From positions 11,408,001 through 11,472,000 of the forward strand of contig CM022675.1 in the NCBI GenBank assembly GCA_012295275.1: a stretch of DNA of 64,000 bases, given 5' to 3'. The position numbers and the translations under genes were made by a program. Numbering within the stretch: the stretch's first letter is position 1; every line of letters begins with the position of its first letter. This DNA is from Chrysomallon squamiferum (lineage: Eukaryota > Animalia > Mollusca). Under the pieces are notes generated by a model. That model searched no databases. It was not told the DNA's origin and saw nothing but the letters and a program-made list of their open reading frames with translations. Positions 1 through 15,074 of the stretch are shown here, piece after piece.

Positions 1-250
1 CTGTTTGAACTTTGACCCCCCCCAACTTTAGCGAGATCTATTTTTTTTATTATTTTTTTTATTTTTATTTTTTTAAATATTTTTAACCCTTTAATATTTC
101 GTCCATGAAACGGAGAATGATTTAGCGTGAGAAAAGGTTAAGAGCAAAGGCTACTGGTGTAATCTTGACAATGGGATGAACAGAGGTTTGATGACGTCAT
201 TGTACAGGATTATAGAGTAGGGATAAAAAAAAAAAAATGAAAAAAAATTG

Positions 251-285
<35 letters not shown>

Positions 286-440
286 ATTTTTAGCCTTTAC
301 CGAATACACTCCAATGGTTAACACTAAACAGGGTTTTTGCAGAAACAACGTACAAGGAACACGCGACAATCCGTTATAAGCTTTATAAGGCTTATGACTT
401 TTCCGCACGAATAATAAAACAGGAAAATTATCGATAAACA
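1..440. promoter_or_regulatory. Candidate enhancer island with nuclear-receptor DR1, Su(H)/RBPJ-like site and full CRE
   Basis: TGAACTTTGACCC at 6-18 (reverse complement GGGTCA-A-AGTTCA, a DR1 of the HNF4/RXR/COUP-TF class); CGTGAGAA at 126-133; ATGACGTCAT palindrome at 191-200. Motif matches only; function is inferred. Confidence 0.3.
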
Positions 441-481
441 ATTTTGTTGAAGATTTCTTTATTTATGTTTATTTTCTTCCG

Positions 482-517
<36 letters not shown>

Positions 518-977
518 GAGAGAGAAGACATATGGAGAGAGGGACGGTTAAAGTGAAAAAGAAAACAAAAAAAAAAAAAAAAAGAAAAGAAAGAAAGAAA
601 GAAGAAAATAAAATTAAAAACAGTCATTGTGTAAAAAAAACAATTTCTGGCTGATGAAATCCATTTTAAATAAATGAGCCAGTGGTGTCCTGAATGTAGA
701 AATTCCATGTAAAAAGTCCATATTCAGCTAAGCATTATTGCTTGAAGAAGATTTTGTGCTATTATTCTTGCATTTTGGCAATATTCCTATGCTACTGATC
801 AAAGGATAAATGAATTAATAATTTAAGAACGAAAAAAAGGTAATAATATAAATGCAAACAAAGATATATTTCAGATAGAGTGTGCTATTAAATGTGTATG
901 TGTATGTATGTATATATGTATGTATGTATAAATTTATTTATGTATGTGTGAGTGTATTTAATATATATATATATATA

Positions 978-1057
978 TGTATTTATTTTTCATTTGTGTT
1001 AATTATGTACTTACACATATATAAGTACATAATTAACACAAATGAAAAATAAATACA
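978..1057. repeat. Perfect inverted repeat (36-bp arms, 8-nt loop)
   Basis: TGTATTTATTTTTCATTTGTGTTAATTATGTACTTA (978-1013) is the exact reverse complement of 1022-1057. The loop is CACATATA, and (AT)n tracts flank both sides. Confidence 0.95.
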
Positions 1058-1183
1058 GAAAACAAATACATATATATATATTATATTAAATTAACATAAA
1101 GCAGTATAATTAAGAAAGAAAAAATGGTAAACCCTTCAAATCAAAGAACATCATGTTTACACACATATAATTAAACATAATTA

Positions 1184-1214
<31 letters not shown>

Positions 1215-1805
1215 CTGAAAATGAGTCAAACTGTTACTGTATATATATATGTCTGCAGATAAATAGTAGTGTTGAAAAGACAGGTATATAGGTAGATAGA
1301 TATACCCCCATGTAAGCAGATTATACTGTGAGAGTTTGTGCTTGCATTGCGATCATTCTCACAGTCTCCATCATCACCAAACTTTTTATTTGATTTATAT
1401 TTTCACATCGCGTTACCCTATTCCGAATAAATGCAACGGGATATTCACAATTTAATACATGGAGCTGAATTTCATATAAATTATTTTAAATTAAAAGAAA
1501 ACAAACGCTTCGCGTCAAGCGGCTTGCGTTTAAGCTTCAAACCAGGAACGAATCGAAAGCTGACATATGTTCCTGGTTGCACATTATCGAAATCTCGTAA
1601 TTAATTAATTAATTAAACAGCCTCCTCGAGAGTTCAACAGCGTCTCTTTTCCTGGAAAAAAAAATTGTCGCTCGCTTTTCGATTAAATAACGTTATAATC
1701 CAGTAATATTTCGATAAATGCACAAATAAAATATAATAATTAATACCCAGTGTCGTTTCTAGGTTCACGATAACCTTATCGTTGTGTTGGGTTATTTACT
1801 GGCGA

Positions 1806-1838
<33 letters not shown>

Positions 1839-2295
1839 CAATTCATTATTTGCATAGAATTAATAACTGAAAAGATCAGATTACCACAGGGCGTTAAATT
1901 CCTTCATTTGAAACGAAATGGAGGAGAGAGAGAAAAAAAAAAAAAATAAAAAAAAAAGAATTAGCCACCCTACTTGACAGCATTATTAAATTATAATGAA
2001 TTTATTCTGTTTTAAGTATGTTAATTAACATACATGTATATGGTAATCATTTTTCTTTTTTTCGTTTTTATATATATTTTTTTTATTTGTTTCTTTTAGT
2101 TCCTGTCTATATACTGTTTAGTGTGTGTGTGTTTTTTTACTGTGAATTTACATATACATTTAGTTATATGTAGGAGTTTATACCTGTGTTAATTATCTAT
2201 GTATGTATGTGTATATTACGTGTATATATATACATAAATATCTTTAATTAAATTTAAAAATATATAAGGAATACAAGGCATTTTTTTACAATATT

Positions 2296-2357
2296 TACAT
2301 ACATGCATACATACATACATGCATACATACATACATACATACATACATAAATGCATG

Positions 2358-2415
<58 letters not shown>

Positions 2416-2423
2416 TATACATG

Positions 2424-2474
<51 letters not shown>
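2296..2474. repeat. Compound (ACAT)n/(AT)n microsatellite
   Basis: Directly visible; explains the MYVC-repeat ORFs. Confidence 0.95.
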
Positions 2475-2839
2475 TCATGTGAAACAAAATCTTGAAATAC
2501 GTACTGTCAAACCATACAGTTGCAACAAACAGACAGTTACAAAACAAACAACAAAATTTATTTCCAAAGTTCTGCAAATGTTTGTTTACCGTAACAAGAT
2601 GACGGTAAATTCATTGTATATTTTCTAACAGTAAGTAAAAATAAAAAAGTTAAAAAGATAAAAGGTAAGAAAATCGAAACAGAAACAAAGAAAGAGCTAC
2701 AGATATGTATTTGTGTCGTGTTTTATGTTTTTGTACTCAACTTTCGATTGCCATATGGTGTTGTAGAAATGAATTATGTATATATAATGCGTGTATATGT
2801 TTCACTCGTTCCAACCACTAAATTGAATATTATTATTAT

Positions 2840-2871
<32 letters not shown>

Positions 2872-3308
2872 ATAGTAGTAGTAGTAGTAGTAACAGTAAT
2901 AGTAGTAGTAGTTGTAGTAGTTGTAGTAGTAGTATTCAATAAAAATTAATATTTTAAAATAACATTTATTTTCTTTCTTTTTTTTACTTTTTTATTTTGT
3001 CGTTTAATTTTATTTTTATTAGTACTTTTTTATATATATATATATTAAGAAGAATAATGTATTTTATTTTAGTCTAACAAATTTAGAATAACAGAATTAA
3101 GTTTTAATTAAAAAAAGAATATTAATAACTGAATATAAAAAAAGCTATTATTTTTCTTTATTTCTTTCTTTTTTCTTTCTTTATTTCTTTCTTTCTTTAT
3201 TTATTTATTGTATAAAATTAGCAGGTCAGATTTTAAGACAAACGAACGAGCAATAAATAAACAAGAAAGGAATTACAAATAAACAAACAAACAAACAAAT
3301 GAATTAAT

Positions 3309-3475
<167 letters not shown>

Positions 3476-4715
3476 ATAAATATATAAATATAGATATATA
3501 TATAGATATATTGATATAGATATAAGGGCATGCTCAAGCAAATATATATGTACACATAGATAGACAATAATAAAAAAATATCCTTTAAATATTAAGAAAA
3601 ATGTTTAAACGTTATTTTATATATAAATATAAACGGAATTAACTGCTTATCCATTAAGTCATTAAATTTGTTAACCAGTCAGTATTCTAATAGTATTTGG
3701 GTGGTTTAACATAGTATATAATTGCTGATAATATCTACATTTAGACCGTTTTCGGATTTTTTTTAAATTTTATTTTAATTTTTAAATTTAAAATTTTTTT
3801 TTTATATATTTTAAATCAATAATATGTGCTGTTAAATATTTATATATTACTTATTTTAAAACATTAGGAATTTAATCACGTTTTAGTTATTTTAAAATAA
3901 TATTTTTCTGGCGTTGACTGTGTCTATTTCAAATAATTTTAAAACCGTATTAAAGAACGAGACAAACATGGTATATTTCAGATAGTTCAAAACATCAACA
4001 AAGTAGGTGCTAACTGTAGTGCAATTTCCTATACTTGCATGCATGTTTGTATATATGTATGTATATGTGTATGTATCTATGTTTATATGTTTGTATACGG
4101 AGGGTTTTTTGGTGCGTGATTTTGTATTATTTATTTTTCTTTTGGTGATAAATTGTGCTGTTTAATTAATAAAGTTTCTACTGTAACAAAATAATAATAA
4201 TAACAAACTACACACATACAAAGACGAAACACGAGCAAACCGATTTAAATCAGTACCATCAAACGCTCAGAGACAAAACTAAAAATGTTGACATAGTCTC
4301 GTAAACACAAAACTTTGGAACTCAGAAACACACTAAGCAATCAAAAAACGAAATCAAACATCTTACAGATATACAGAAGAGTACGATACAGAAATACAAA
4401 ACTTATACTAGCTGTATTATTATAAAGAGAAAAAAATGCATACCCTAGAAACACACTGTAGCAGTACAAAAATTTACAATGGAACCATTTTGTAAACACA
4501 AAAACAGCGATCAGGTTACTCCTTATTCCCAAAAGACTGAATCATCTTGTAAACAAACAAAACAAAACAAAACAAATCCACAAACAGAAATAATTCTACC
4601 TTACAACTGAACCATACTGTAACTACAATAATCAGCCATACTCAAACTACAGTCTCCGCAAACACAAGAATACAATTTGTCGATCTTATAAACACACAAA
4701 AGACTGCGACCAACA

Positions 4716-4761
<46 letters not shown>

Positions 4762-4825
4762 CACAGTCACCAACTTAAACCATTATAAAAACACAAATAT
4801 CGGGAAACGCAAACAGACAAACAAA

Positions 4826-4903
<78 letters not shown>

Positions 4904-5007
4904 GCAAAGCAAAATTACAAAACTAATTAAGACGATTTGTCCTAAACCCAATTCTTCATCAACAACATATCATTCCCCACACGCTATTTTTCTTTCTCTT
5001 CTTTTTT

Positions 5008-5040
<33 letters not shown>

Positions 5041-5474
5041 AGGAAGATTTATGGAATGACCAAAGAATTGCTGGTTGGACATCTCTGGAGAGGAGAGGTT
5101 TGCAGTATAATTACAAAGTCATACAAACTAACAATGGTTGCTTGCTTGGTTGCCGGACCTGGCAACTTTGTCCGATTTAATTAAATGATTCGAGTTCGCT
5201 ATCAAACCGAGCTGATCTTTTGAAGAACTGGGCAATGGCAAACGAAAATAAAAATAAAAAGAATGATACAGATCTGGCACTTTCCGAGCAATAAAAAGAG
5301 AAGTAGCTGTAATAAAGTGTAAAGCAAATGTAGAAATGATATTTTGTGGTTAGTTTGGTGATGTCCTTTTCCACATAAACGTATCAGGGAGAAACAGGAA
5401 AAGAAAAAAAAAAAAAAGAAGGAAAGAACGGAGAAAAAATGTCCGTTTTACGGAAATTGACAAATTAATATAAC

Positions 5475-5570
<96 letters not shown>

Positions 5571-6861
5571 TATTATTTATTTATTTATTTATTTTTTATT
5601 ATTTTTTATATTATTTTATTTTTTTTTTTTTTGTTTGTTTTTGTATTAAGGTAATTTGCAACACAAGTATTTGCTCTTAAAACGAAACGTTTCCGTAACA
5701 AATGTCAAGTGAGGAATTTTGTGTAGACAAGATTGACAAAAAATAAAAGTAAAAAAAAAAATAAATGTAGCAATATGATTTCCTTGAAAAATGGAATAAA
5801 GAAATTTTGTAAGGCTAACTATGAACTGGAACACTAAATTAAATATGATACATTAACATGTATATAAATATTTAAGCTGTTACTAACTATGAATTTATAA
5901 AAAAACTAAATACATACACGCTTATATATGCCTGTCAAGAAACACAATAGTCTGAAGGTTTATATATAATATTATTAAAACCTTTGTAATATAATTCGTG
6001 AAATATATTTATACAGAAAGACAAGAATATATACAAGTACATACTTGCGTATATACATACATAAATACATACATACATACACACATACATACATCACATA
6101 TATACATACACACATGCATACATACAAATATACACAAACACGGATACACGTACATGCACATGCACCAGATTCACATACATGCACTCTGTAGTATACAGTG
6201 CATATTGAAATGAAATAACAGGCGCCTTGTTGTGTTTTTAAAACTAGAACTTATAATTAAAACACAACAACTACAAAATTACAATAATAATAACTGTAAA
6301 GAAAAGAAAATAATAAATATATATATGTATATATATATATTAAACTAATAAATATTCAAAATAAAATTATGCGATAATTAATATAAATATATATAGTGTA
6401 ATTATTTTTCTTACGAAATATATTTATACAGCATTCAAAATTTTGTGACATTAAATTATTCATTAACAGTTAAAATCAATACCTCGGTGTTATCTTAGTA
6501 AACAGATTATTAAGACTCAACATATTAATTTTTTTCAAATAACATTTTTATGCTGTTTTGGTCGTGTTTGCTTAAAATTTAAATAATTTGTTTTCAGTTT
6601 CCATGAAATACCAATAAAATGCATTTCAAAATTTTCTCTTTTTCTTTTTTTTTTTTCATTTTATTATTATTATTTTTTAATCTTCTTATGCCTGAAGGAA
6701 ATTTAAATGGATATTTCCCCGTAGTAATTTAATTTTTCAATATGATGACAAATAACTGCAGAGACATGAAAAAGAAGAATTGAAAAAAAAATATCTAATA
6801 AATTTTCGTGTTTCTCCCAGTTTGGCAAAATGATGATGGTAATAACAGCAACAACAACAGC

Positions 6862-6924
<63 letters not shown>

Positions 6925-8416
6925 TAAATAAACAAACCAACAGACAAATACATAAATAAATAAGTAAATAAACAAACAAATAAATAAATGAATAAAACAA
7001 GAAAAAGAAGAAAAAAAAGAATAAGAAAACGAAGATATTTTGGGAAAATAATTAAAGGAATTTCTGTATATTACTCGAGATATCCCGATTAAAAACGATC
7101 CTATATTTTTCTAGACTAAACAGTTATAATCAGTTAGAAAAACCAGCAATGATTTAAACTTACATACATACACAAATACAAACACTTCGACATACATGCA
7201 TACATACATACATATTAACAGATCCCTTATGTACGTACATATTAATGTCAAATATAAATTATATCTGACAGCATAATAATATATTTATAGACAATAACTG
7301 CACCGTAATTCATAATTTTAGAACAGTATAATATATGAGAGATCGTACATTCTCTTATATAAATAAACCAATATAGTGAATTAATTATGTGGCTTACAGT
7401 GATAAGTAAAGGCTAACAGACATACTGACTGGATGTTTCATTTAATATTTATTTTATTAACATACTAAGAAAACTACAGCTTACTTCAGATATGAAAAAT
7501 ATTTCAGATAAATTTGATATAAACTGAAAGAATTTTAACGCTAGCGTAAGATATAAAACCGTATTATTTTACAAAAGAAAAGAAAAAAACTAATAATAAT
7601 TTTGGATAGATATTTATAATTACAGTAACTACTGCTGCTACTACTACGACGACTATTATTATTGTTATTATTGTTGTTGTTGTTGTCGTCGTTGTTACTG
7701 TCATCATCATTATTAAATATCATTTACTCCATTTTAGTTATCTGGAGTTTCAGATGAAAACATTTAATGTTCTAGATCAATAAATATTTCCGTCATTCTT
7801 TTTATTTTTTTTTTCCACTTGTTGTTTTGTAAAATAAGACATGAAATATAAGGAATAAATATTATTGTATATGTGTGTATGTTTCTGTATGTATATATAT
7901 ATATATTGGTATTGGTTTTATTATTATTATATTATTATATTGTCATTATTTTATAAATATAAAACGAAAATTGAGAAAGTATAATAAAGATCACTTAAGT
8001 TTTATTATCTCTGTTGTCGTTGGTGTTGTTGTTGCAGTAATATTAATACAATAAATATAATCAAGAAAGTTATCTGTTGTAGCAATGGAATACACTCTTT
8101 TTCATTTCACTTCATTTTATTGACTTAGTTATTTTATTTTAATAATTTTTTTATTTTATTATATTTTATTTTATTTTATTTTATTTTATTTCATTTTATT
8201 TAATTTCATTTTATTTATATTTATTTATTTATTTTTCAATTAACTTATTATTTAAGCTTAAGGAAAATTTAAAACAGATATAATTTTATCGCTTTAAATC
8301 GTATGTTTATTTATATTTTACGTATCAATATTCTGTCATGTGTCCGCCCAAGAAGAAATAAAAAATTAAAAACAGAAATAATTAAAAAATATATACATTT
8401 TTCAGAATAAATAGTA

Positions 8417-8480
<64 letters not shown>

Positions 8481-8982
8481 TAATAGTAGTAGTAGTAGTA
8501 GTAGTTGTTGTTGTTTTTGTTGTGACAGTGGTACTAATAATAGTTATGATGATGATGATATTAATAATAATAACATTATTATACGCAGTTCATGAAATGA
8601 TTTATTTAAGTACATAAAACGGTAATTTTAGCGTTGTTTTAAAAATTATTTCTTTTTCATTAATCATTAATAAATGGTTTCTATTTATTTTCTAAAATCA
8701 ATATTTATAATTATGCTAAATATATATGCACGCCTTCAGAATATTTCACCTTGCCAAAATGCATCTATTATTAATTCAAATATAGTTAAAATGATATATG
8801 AAAATTTATTGATAACATATTTAACGATGTTCGTAAATAAAATATATATCAAATTTACTTATTTTTTATTCATTTAGTTTTGTTCATTCATTTGTAGTTA
8901 GAACCGTCTAGTTTCATTTTTTTAATAACAAAAATAACAAGACAAATAATAATGATGATGATAATGATGATAATGATGATAA

Positions 8983-9062
<80 letters not shown>

Positions 9063-9175
9063 TGCAATGATTTCTGTTTTTGCAAAAAGAAATTAATAAT
9101 ATAAACAGACAGGCCTAATGTTTATGAAATAAATTAATCCTATTAACTATTTTTATTTTGAGTATTTTATTATTA

Positions 9176-9257
<82 letters not shown>

Positions 9258-9689
9258 TGTATTAGTTTATTTCTGTTTTAAATGTGTCTATGTAATTTCA
9301 GCCACTAAGATGTAATTTAATAAACCTGAACTGGAATACGACATATGAAACAAACAAAACCCGCTTTGAAGCTTTAACTGTAAAAACAATACTGACAAAA
9401 AAAGAAAGAATAGGTGAATAAATAAATAAACAAATGAATGAACTGAATGAATGAATAACCAAGCAAATGAATAAACAAATGAATGAATAAATAACCAAAT
9501 AACTAAATGAATAAAATAAAAACTACGTTTTACTGCATTAAAGAACACGAAATAAAAACTCTCGCGCGCACAATAATAACCACACACGCAAGCATACATG
9601 AACAATCCACACACACATAATCCACAGAGATGCATTTTATATTTGTGTAATATATTTGTTATTTACATACACACATGACACCGATGACA

Positions 9690-10115
9690 CAAGAGGTATG
9701 TCGCAGTTCGCAATAACAGCGCGAACGACAACATTCGTTCACGAGTTGTCAATCAGTCACGTTTATGACTAAATTTTATTTGATATTTCTTGCCCATTTA
9801 TCGGAAAATAAAAGATACCCGGTCGTTAGAGTATGTGGCATTAAAATAAAAAAATAAAACAACCGCTACAACATCCTCAGCTTCAGTGTCATTTAATACG
9901 CCGACGAGGACGAAGGCAACATAAAAGTTAGAAAAGAACAGTATAACTTACTCGTAAAACCGTGGCAATAAGATTCGAGGTAAACCAGAAACTCACACAA
10001 AACTCGCCACGATGCGAGTAATTAAATTTACAAAAAAAAATAAAAACCTTCATAATTTTTAGCAATAATATAGCGTTTTAATATATAAAGAGGCGGTCGT
10101 ACAATCTGCATCTCT
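9690..10115 (+). promoter_or_regulatory. CpG-rich island ending in a TATA-like box
   Basis: Locally CpG-rich. TATATAAA at 10082-10089 is followed by GC-rich GAGGCGG, a typical TATA context. Posterior-Hox/Cdx-type TTTATGAC (about 9762) and CTCGTAAA (about 9951) lie upstream. Confidence 0.25.
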
Positions 10116-10399
10116 CTCTCTCTCTCGGTTTCCTTTTTTTTATTATTATTTTTTATTTTTTTTAAAGACTGTTATTATTGATTGTAATATAAAAAAAAAA
10201 AAGGTATATCTTCCTTGGCGAAGTTAAAACGGGGAGGATTAAGTAAAATAAAATAAAATAATAAAATTTATATCTGTATGTGTGTATATATATATAATAT
10301 ATATATATATATACTAAAGAAACCTTATCAGCGTCTTCAGTTTCCTACACATTTGAAATTGCTACTAATTTGCCAAAAATACTGACATAAAGAAAACAT

Positions 10400-10857
10400 A
10401 AAAAATCTCCATAAAAGGCCATATTGGATTATGGCTGTCAAAAATAGGCATAAAAAATCCACGCACACATCTTGAAGCATGAAACCAAACTGAAACGGAA
10501 GAAAGAACGAACAAAATATCCTCTCTCTCTCTCTCTCTGTCTCTCTGTCTCTCTCTCTCTCTCTGAGTCTGTCTCTCGCTCTCTCTCTCTCTCTCCGAAA
10601 ATTAATAAAATAAAATATTAACAAGCAGCGGAGCAAATTATTCGAAATGCACTTAAAAACTACTTACCCGCTTTTGAAATGCGCTGCAATTCTCCCTCGC
10701 TACCTTTAGGCTACGTTTTGCAATTCTGGATGTGTTTAAATCTTTACGTTGGTTTAACGTGCAGATCAAACAATCTCGAATAATACTGCCTTGTCGGCTA
10801 GGCCGAAACATTGCGGGTCACGAGGGGCGTGGTCTCGGGAAAGCTCCGCCCACTTGT

Positions 10858-10891
<34 letters not shown>

Positions 10892-11230
10892 TTGTTGAGT
10901 AGGGGGGGCGATAATGATTTCGAACTGACTGATGCCCGCCTCGGTCTCGATATCAGCGTATTCGGATCGAGCGACGGATGGAAATATATGGACGCAGAGG
11001 ATTTTTTTTTTCTCTCCTAGGTGGTCAAACGCGGTGACTTCCTTTTTCAATTGTGTTCGCTCGGACTTAGGCGCGCCAAAAGAATCTTTCTTTTCTTCTC
11101 CATCGCCCTGATTTATTGGCGGAGACGCTGTGAGAAACAACGTAGGGAAAACGTGGATGCTGGGGAACGTTAAACTTATTGAATGCGCTCTTCGATTGAC
11201 AAGGATTATAACAACTTTGACCTAAGATGC
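10400..11230. promoter_or_regulatory. CpG-rich unique island (candidate cis-regulatory module or non-coding exon)
   Basis: High CpG density at 10620-11200; CArG box CCATAAAAGG at 10409-10418; GC-box-like GGGGCGTGG and CTCCGCCC at about 10824-10851; TGATTTAT at about 11109; strong minus-strand donor CGG|GTAAGT at 10662-10670. Confidence 0.35.
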
Positions 11231-11257
11231 AGATAGGAATTAATCGGCCTGGTTTTT

Positions 11258-11305
<48 letters not shown>

Positions 11306-11647
11306 CCGATCAGAAGTGAACACCACGGAAATGAACGATATGTCTTAAGAAAAGACAAGAGAGAGAAGGGGAGAGAGACTGGAACTTCCGATTAAAGAAG
11401 CGATGTGTTTATGGCGTGTGCAGTTTTTGGTTAGGGTTTATCTAGTTTAATGGAGTTTGCTGCTGCTAACTGTTAGTTTGGTTGTTTTTTCTCTCGATTT
11501 CACTGATGTCGAGTCTCGTTGTCAGTTTTAATTCTTGAATTTTTGTTGTTGTCAGTGTCGTGATTGATGTTATTATAATGTGTTTAATATTTACTGGTAT
11601 AATTTATTTATTTGTTTATTTGCTTATGTTTCTAATTATTGCTGCTT

Positions 11648-11665
11648 GTATTATTATTATTATTA

Positions 11666-11730
<65 letters not shown>

Positions 11731-11764
11731 GTTATTGTTATTATTATTATTATTGTTATTGCTG

Positions 11765-11802
<38 letters not shown>

Positions 11803-11878
11803 GCTATTATTATTATCATCATCAATATTATTATTATTATTATTATTATTATTGCTATTATAATTATTGCTATTATTA

Positions 11879-11936
<58 letters not shown>

Positions 11937-11949
11937 TATGATTATTATT
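11648..11949. repeat. Long interrupted (TTA)n microsatellite
   Basis: Directly visible; source of the poly-I/Y/L ORFs. Confidence 0.95.
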
Positions 11950-12325
11950 CAGACTGAAAATAACTGTCTGACAATCACTAATATTTTACTATGTGGATGT
12001 CCGTGCGTGCGTGCGTGCGTGCGTACTTCGGTTTGTTAAAAATTTTTAAATTATATTTTTATCTAAGCTTGATTAAATTATATTTACATTTAAGACAGTA
12101 CTATTATTGTTACTTCTACTATCACAACTACCACAGCAACAACCCTACTACTACTGCAACCACTACTAACTCTATTAATACTAACACTACTGTACCTACA
12201 ACTACTACTACTACTACTACTACTACCACAATTATTTTTACTAATATTATTGTTGTTATTATTGCTATTATTATTGCTATTTTTATGTTATTTTGTTGAA
12301 TGGTCATTTTTATTATTATTATTAA

Positions 12326-12372
<47 letters not shown>

Positions 12373-12668
12373 TTACTACTGCTATTGAACATTTCTATTA
12401 TTATTATAATTATCAGTTCAATAATTTGTTATGGACAATTTATTAGTATATTTATTCTGATTTTTCTCAGTATCTAGTTAAACCTGATAATGGATAAAAT
12501 ATCAAAATTATAGTTCCGATTAAAATAAATAGAGAGAAAAATGAATGAATGAATATAAATTTATTTCATTTTATGTTATATTATTTTATTTTATTTTAAT
12601 TTCATTATTATTATTATTACTAATACTACTATTACTATTACTACTACTACTATTATTAATTTTATTAA

Positions 12669-12733
<65 letters not shown>

Positions 12734-13146
12734 TACTTTATTTTACTTTATTTTATTTCATTTTATTAATATTTCGTTTGTATTTATTAATTGAAACAAT
12801 ATTATTTCTAAATAACAAATTTAAAAGTTATTCGTTTCAGGAACCCCCCCCCCCCAAAAAAAAAAAAACAACAACAAATAAATAGTAATATTTAAACTTC
12901 AAAGAGACATTCAAATATTTCTTTGAAACCTTACCCGATTCTTTTCCTGTAATTCAGCGCTGCAAACAAAACAGTACACGGCACTAAATAATACCTCTTA
13001 TAATAATAACGTATTTTGCCGAGTTTTACCGATTGTAGTCGTTTCCGAAGTATGCTTCGCGTAAAACCGTAATTAAAGACAAGGTTGTCAAACATTACAT
13101 TTAGCCCGAGTTATTTTCTTTCTTTCTTTCGTATTTTTTCGTCTAC

Positions 13147-13184
<38 letters not shown>

Positions 13185-13827
13185 CTTTCCTTTTTGTTGT
13201 TAATGCGAGATGAATATTATCTTCATAAGTATTCATTAAGAACAGTTTGTTAAATGGGTTGGAAAACATCTAGGCAACTTGTAATACAAGAGATTTTCGT
13301 TCGTTCTAAATGCATAGATGTTAACTTTATGCGACAAACCACGCCCTCTTCAACGAGGGGTCCCGCGGTCTTCAAAGATGCGACTTTCATTTAATTGGGG
13401 GTTTGGATTTCAGCAAATGACAGTGTTAGGGTTGAGGATATGAGGGTGTGTGTGTGTGTGTGTGTATTTTTTTTTTTTTTTTTTTTTTTTTTCTGTAGAA
13501 AATACGGATGGAAAGATAGCCTAGTATGTTTCTTTTATTACTATCGCAGTTGTCTCTATCAGTGAAATCTTTAAAACGAGTTAATTCCTTCCCAGATAAA
13601 CATACCCTGTCGAAATGTTTAATTCTTCTGCTAAATATCAGAACAACATCTGCATAACATTATTATTATTTTGTTTTTTTTTTAAAAGAAAATCTCCTTC
13701 TTATTTAAAACTTTTAATCTTTTTATCCATTGTTATACGTAACACTAATCTCTCTCCATCTGTATGTCCGATTTTTTTATTATTTCTTATTTTCTTTCTC
13801 TTTTCTAGGTCACTTTTCCCCATACCT

Positions 13828-13830
<3 letters not shown>

Positions 13831-13918
<88 letters not shown>
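13831..13918. repeat. (TC)n microsatellite
   Basis: Directly visible. Confidence 0.97.
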
Positions 13919-13922
<4 letters not shown>

Positions 13923-14981
13923 CCCTCTTACTATCCCTCTCTAATTGTACCTCTACCTCGTTTTCTCTCTTCCACATCCATCCTCCTTTCTCTCTCTCTT
14001 TCCTTTTCTTTCAGTCTCTCAGATATTTTTTTCTCCGCTACATAATTATGTTTCTTTCTTTCTTTCTATTTCCATGACTTTCCTGCTATGTCTCTGTTTA
14101 TATGAAAAAAAAAACAAAAAAACAACCGAAAGCATTTTAAAGAAATAATAAATGTAAAACATTTCTCTAAGAAATCTTAGTAACCTGTGATTTAAATGTA
14201 TGAAATTAAAATTTTTGAAATTATATATATATATAAATATAACGTCAAAATTTATATATGTGTGTGTGTGTGTATTATTTCTTTACTAACAATGTTGTAC
14301 TAATTTTTTTGTTTTTTATTTTGTTATATGTATGTGTGTGTGTATATATATATAGTTTCTTTTACTGATCTAATTAAAGGTAAATATCTTAAGATAGCTT
14401 CTTGATAATTCACGAAAAGATATATATATATATATAAATACAAAAACATTTTATAAATCATAATTTTCTATTCATTATTTACATTTTATACGAAAGCAAG
14501 TATGCGTGTGTATTTCAACACTTACATATTAAGATAATAAATCAGTATTCATTTGTATAATAGGTATACAAATCTTCTAATTATTTCTTCATAACGTTCA
14601 GTATTTACAGTTTCATAATGTACGGTCATTAAGCGATTTTAAATGAACAAAATTATAAATATTTTGTCACAGATTGAAATTATGTAGAATTATTATGCGT
14701 AGAAATAACTAATAACAAATTAGCTAAACAAGCAATTATTTTCGTCGCTTTTCTGAAATTAGTAAAGAGAAAATAATAAAAAGTCTAATAAAAACTGAAC
14801 TAAGAAAAAAAGGGTTTAAAAATGCTTAAAGACTTTTCATTGTACATTTTTTTTCATCAATATATTATTGTTTTGCTAGTTTGAATATATATAAATATAT
14901 ATATATTGTTATAACTGCTAGAACATATATGAATATAAAACATTCTTTTTGTAGAAATTCGCATTTAGTATTATATACTGA

Positions 14982-14986
<5 letters not shown>

Positions 14987-15071
<85 letters not shown>
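14987..15071. repeat. (AG)n microsatellite
   Basis: Directly visible. Confidence 0.97.

Positions 15072-15074
<3 letters not shown>

Noticed and set aside
735-760. Partial resemblance to miR-137 (TTATTGCTTGA)
   Set aside because: Only the 5' part matches and there is no precursor hairpin. A by-eye scan for other conserved bilaterian miRNAs found no full match, though that scan is not exhaustive.
5043-5180. Exon after a polypyrimidine tract (EDLWNDQRIAGWTSLERR...)
   Set aside because: The pyrimidine tract is a (TTTC)n microsatellite, the donor is weak, and the peptide is unrecognisable.
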